From an uncultured Alphaproteobacteria bacterium (GTDB lineage: Bacteria > Pseudomonadota > Alphaproteobacteria > Sphingomonadales > Sphingomonadaceae), in NCBI GenBank assembly GCA_963798785.1, contig CAWCUG010000002.1, positions 2,210-66,209 of the forward strand: a stretch of DNA of 64,000 bases. The letters are read 5' to 3'. Each line of letters opens with the position of its first letter. The first letter of the stretch is position 1. A program made the position numbers and the translations under genes. This document shows positions 60,553-64,000 of this stretch, piece by piece. The notes under the pieces are model-generated. The model was not told the origin of the DNA and did not search any database. It was given only the letters and a program-made list of their open reading frames with translations.

Positions 60553-61601
60553 CTATGCGGCCTTGTCCATGTCGATGACGAAGCGATAGCGCACGTCGCC
60601 CTTCTTCATCCGCTCCCACGCGCTGTTGATTTCGCCCGGAGCGATATGTTCGACCTCCGGGTGGATGTCGTGCTCGGCACAGAAATCGAGCATTTCCTGA
60701 GTCTCCGCCAATCCACCGATCAACGAGCCGGCAACGACGCGGTTGCGCATGACCAGCGCCCCGCCGTGAAGGCCTTCGAGCATGTCGATCGCTCCGACGA
60801 TGACCATCACTCCGTTCGGCTTGAGCAGGTTGAGGTAGGGCGAAATGTCGTGAGCGACGGGAATCGTGTTGAGGATGAAGTCGAAGCGCTCGGCGGCCTT
60901 GCCCATCGCTTCTTGGTCGCTCGACAACGAGGACATCGTGGGCGCCGAGCTCGCGCGCGTCCTTGCCCTTTTCGGGTGAGGTGGTGAGCATTGTGACGTT
61001 GGCGCCCATCGCCGCGGCAATCTTGACGCCCATGTGGCCAAGGCCGCCGAGGCCGGCGATTCCCACGTTCTGGCCGGGGCCGACGTTGAAACGGCGAAGC
61101 GGCGAGTAGGTCGTGATCCCCGCGCACAGCAAAGGCGCCGCGCGCGACAGGTCCAGCTCGTCCGGGACTCGGCAGACGAATTCCTCGCGAACCACGACAC
61201 GATCGCTGTAGCCGCCCTGCGTGACGGTGCCGTCCTGCCGGTCCGTGCCGCTGTAGGTCATCACCATGTGCGGGCAGAAGTTCTCATGGCCCGACTTGCA
61301 ATGCTCGCACTCGAGATCGCTGTCGACGAGGCAGCCGACGGCGGCCTTGTCGCCCGGCTTGAACTTGGAGACGGCCGGAGCCGACGGCGGTCACCGTTCC
61401 GACGATTTCGTGGCCGGGGACCATCGGGTACTGGCTCATTCCCCAGTCGTTGTGCGCCATGTGCAGGTCGGAATGGCAGATTCCGCAATGGCTGATCTCG
61501 ATTGCGACATCCTCGGGCCGAAGGTCGCGGCGCTCGATCTCCATCGGGCCGACCTCGGATTGAGCGCTGGTCACGCCATAGGCTTGTGTCGTCGTGGTCA
61601 T
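60553..61601 (-). CDS. Zn-dependent NAD(P)H alcohol dehydrogenase (cinnamyl-ADH/YahK type); frameshifts at about 61373 and 60925
   Basis: [44 protein letters not shown] spread over three frames. Confidence 0.9.
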
Positions 61602-61639
61602 GGTCGTCCCTTCGTTGCGGTTTCGCGCCCGACCCGTCG

Positions 61640-62491
61640 TCAGGCGTCGTTTGCCGCGTCCCTGGCGCGTTCGAGAACGCGCTTTGCCTGCTGAAGATGG
61701 GGCCGGTCGGCCATTCGCCCGTCCACGGAGACGGTACCGGCCTCGGGATCGGCGTCGAAGGCGGCGATCACGGCTTGCGCGTGCTTCAGCTCCTCTTTCG
61801 TCGGAGTGAAGGCGGCGTTGATGATCGGCACCTGGTCGGGGTGGATGGCGAGCTTTCCGGTGAAGCCTTCGCGGCTTGCTGCCTCGGCTTCGCTCTTCAG
61901 GCCCTTGGAATCGCGGAAATCGGCGAACACCCCGTCCACCGGCTGCACCCCGGCAGCGACCGCGCCGGCAAGGCACAGCGAACGGGCAAGGCGGTAGGTG
62001 AAAGCAAGGTCACCCGACGAATCGTACTTGGAAGACGCGCCCAGGGCGGCGGAAAGGTCCTCGGCGCCCCAGCTCATCGCCACCAGCGGCGACTTCGGGT
62101 CGCGATAGGACAGCAGGTTGAACAGGCTCGCCGCGGTCTCGGTGACGATTGCGTGGATCGGAATGGTGCCGGTGCGATGCGCAAGCTGGACGATATCGGC
62201 GCCGCTTTCGGCCTTTGGAAGCACGATTCCGGTCACGTCCGAGCGGAAGATCAGGTCGAGGTCTTCCTTGTGGAACTCGCTCCCGAGCGGGTTGATTCGG
62301 ACCCACCATTCGGGGCCGCCGGTGCGCTTGGCGAGCCCCTTGAGGATGTTCCGGGCGTCGCCCTTGCGAGCGGGGACGACGCTGTCTTCAAGGTCGAAAA
62401 TGACCGCGTCGGCCTGCGTCTCGATCGCCTTGGCGACCTTTTTTTCGCTGTCCGCCGGGACGAACAGCCACGATCGCGGCTCAACCTTCAT
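61640..62491 (-). CDS. CitE/HpcH-family acyl-CoA lyase or thioesterase
   Basis: RSWLFVPAD, DLEDSV, RINP, LPKAE, GAEDL, GFTGKLAIHPDQ, GRMADRPH. Confidence 0.9.
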   Translation of the reverse strand: MKVEPRSWLFVPADSEKKVAKAIETQADAVIFDLEDSVVPARKGDARNILKGLAKRTGGPEWWVRINPLGSEFHKEDLDLIFRSDVTGIVLPKAESGADIVQLAHRTGTIPIHAIVTETAASLFNLLSYRDPKSPLVAMSWGAEDLSAALGASSKYDSSGDLAFTYRLARSLCLAGAVAAGVQPVDGVFADFRDSKGLKSEAEAASREGFTGKLAIHPDQVPIINAAFTPTKEELKHAQAVIAAFDADPEAGTVSVDGRMADRPHLQQAKRVLERARDAANDA

Positions 62492-62940
62492 TCCGGCTTC
62501 TTGAGCAGCAGCGCGGTCCGCGTGCATTCGCACACCAGATCGTCGCGCTGGTTGAAGCTCTTGTGCGCCCAGGTGACGATCCCGGCATTGGGCCGCGACT
62601 TCGATTCGCGCACCGCAATGCACTCGGTCTCGCTTCGAAGCGTGTCGCCGATAAATACCGGGTTGGGGAATTTGAGGCCATCGTAGCCAAGATTGGCGAC
62701 AAGAGTCCCGAGCGTGGTGTCGCCGACCCCGACCCCGATCATCAGTCCGAAGGTGAACACCGAGTTGACCAGCGGCATGCCGAATTCCGACTGCGAGGCA
62801 GCGTCGTGGTCGAGGTGCATCGGCTGCGGATTGTGGGTGAGCGTCGAAATCAGGACGTTGTCGGTTTCGGTCACGGTCCGGCGAATCGAATGTTCGATAC
62901 GATCGCCGACCTTCCACTCATCGAAATACCGCCCGGCCAT
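62488..62940 (-). CDS. MaoC-family dehydratase
   Basis: RRTVTETDN, HNPQPMHLD, FPNPVFIGDTL; ATGA-coupled to the lyase. Confidence 0.9.
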   Translation of the reverse strand: MAGRYFDEWKVGDRIEHSIRRTVTETDNVLISTLTHNPQPMHLDHDAASQSEFGMPLVNSVFTFGLMIGVGVGDTTLGTLVANLGYDGLKFPNPVFIGDTLRSETECIAVRESKSRPNAGIVTWAHKSFNQRDDLVCECTRTALLLKKPE

Positions 62941-62950
62941 GATCGACTGC

Positions 62951-63541
62951 TTAGGACAGCCGTCGGGCAAATGCCAAGCCGATGACTGCGGCCGCCGACT
63001 GCCAGTCGAGAATGGCCTTGTTTGGGGCAAGGAGCATCCACACGTTCAAGGTGAGGTTGTCGCGGATGGCCAGCAGCGGCACCAGCTCAAGCGCAAGCAC
63101 CAGGAGCAGGCTCGCCCACAGCGGAAGCTTTCGCGCCACGGCGAATCCGACGGCCATCATCCCGATGTCGCTGAGCGAATTCACTACCGAATCGCCGGTG
63201 TAGCCGAGCGATACCGTCGCCTTGCGGTACTGCTCGATGACCGCGGGCGTGTTCTCGACGACTTCCCAGCCCGCTTCGATCACCAGTGCTGCAAGGAAGC
63301 GCCACTCGACAGGGGTTCGCCTGGCGACCAGCCACAAGAGGCCATAAAAAAGAAGGCCGTGGACGACATGGCTGGGGCTGTACCAGTCGGCCAGCATCTG
63401 GCTCTGCGCCGGCCCGACGGAGCCCCAAAGGTTGAGCTCCCCGCACGTGCAAATCGCCGGCCGGCCCATGGCAAGCAGGACAATTGCCGCCAAGGTGACG
63501 ACAAGAACCGCCGCAACCGCGGCCCGGGATCGGCGTTTCAT
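62951..63541 (-). CDS. DUF2585 (UPF0314) family membrane protein
   Basis: MGRPAICTCG, SQMLADWYSPSHVVHG, WEVVENT, YTGDSVVNSLSD, IRDNLTLN. Confidence 0.88.
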   Translation of the reverse strand: MKRRSRAAVAAVLVVTLAAIVLLAMGRPAICTCGELNLWGSVGPAQSQMLADWYSPSHVVHGLLFYGLLWLVARRTPVEWRFLAALVIEAGWEVVENTPAVIEQYRKATVSLGYTGDSVVNSLSDIGMMAVGFAVARKLPLWASLLLVLALELVPLLAIRDNLTLNVWMLLAPNKAILDWQSAAAVIGLAFARRLS

Positions 63542-63603
63542 CGCCAATGCGTAGCAGAGACGCCGCGCTTGCAAAGCTTGGGTGTTGGGAGGATCAGTCG
63601 GCA

Positions 63604-64000
63604 ATGCTGCGCGTGTACGGTCCCGGCTGCGAAGGTGAAGTCGTCGATGCGGAGCGGGAGAAAATCCCGTCCGATGCGACGTGGATCGACCTCGAGGAAC
63701 CGACTCACGAAGAGGAGGCGCTGGTCGAGAATTGCCTCGGGCTGGCCGTGCCGACACCCGAGGAAATGGCGGAAATCGAGCCGTCGAGCCGCCTCTATTC
63801 AAGGAACGGCGCAATCTATTTGACGATCAGCGTCCTCTACGGCGTCGAGGACGGTGCCCCGGGCAGCGCCCCGATCGGGTTCGTCCTCACCGATGACCGC
63901 CTGGTGACCGTCCGCTATGCGATGCCCAAATCGATCCGCGCCTTTTCGGAAAACGTCCGCCACGACCCCGAACTGGCAGCGGATTCGCTAAGCGCCTTGT
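63604..64000 (+). CDS. corA: CorA-family Mg/Co transporter (N-terminal part, truncated by window end)
   Basis: WIDLEEPT, PTPEEMAEIEPSSRLY, LVTVRY; open to position 64000. Confidence 0.85.
   Translation, partial: MLRVYGPGCEGEVVDAEREKIPSDATWIDLEEPTHEEEALVENCLGLAVPTPEEMAEIEPSSRLYSRNGAIYLTISVLYGVEDGAPGSAPIGFVLTDDRLVTVRYAMPKSIRAFSENVRHDPELAADSLSAL

Overview
High-GC alphaproteobacterial chromosomal segment, most likely Sphingomonadaceae (SPT plus dedicated ACP, three TonB-dependent receptors, EcfG-type promoters, serC leader). From left to right it carries: (1) signalling and envelope genes: PAS hybrid kinase, EF-hand protein, RTX-repeat protein, L,D-transpeptidase, GGDEF-EAL protein, LytS/LytTR pair; (2) housekeeping genes purA, DsbA-family, serA, serC, M23 peptidase, erpA, xth; (3) a ceramide/sphingolipid cluster: bCerS-like GNAT, desaturase, LptG/LptF, ceramide-kinase-like and Tam41-like cytidylyltransferase genes, hybrid kinase, spt, acp, cerR, obg; (4) an accessory block between obg and rplU-rpmA-GNAT with a NarL-type two-component pair, a novel Gly/Asn-rich secreted protein and a TonB receptor; (5) tRNA-Ser(CGA) followed by a coherent candidate D-amino-acid-peptide utilisation locus (dipeptide epimerase, XRE-cupin regulator with two matching operator sites, TonB receptor, membrane-anchored serine peptidase, POT transporter); (6) stand-alone nnrS plus quinol-dependent NO reductase; (7) TonB receptor, KGG stress micro-protein, TonB, a catalytically degenerate 6-phosphogluconolactonase homolog, MFS-acs-adh-CitE-MaoC, DUF2585 and a truncated corA. 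About 15 single-base indels split otherwise intact genes, many in short homopolymers; these are probably long-read errors. No integrase, transposase, CRISPR array or rRNA was seen. All family assignments come from motifs recognised by eye, not from database searches.
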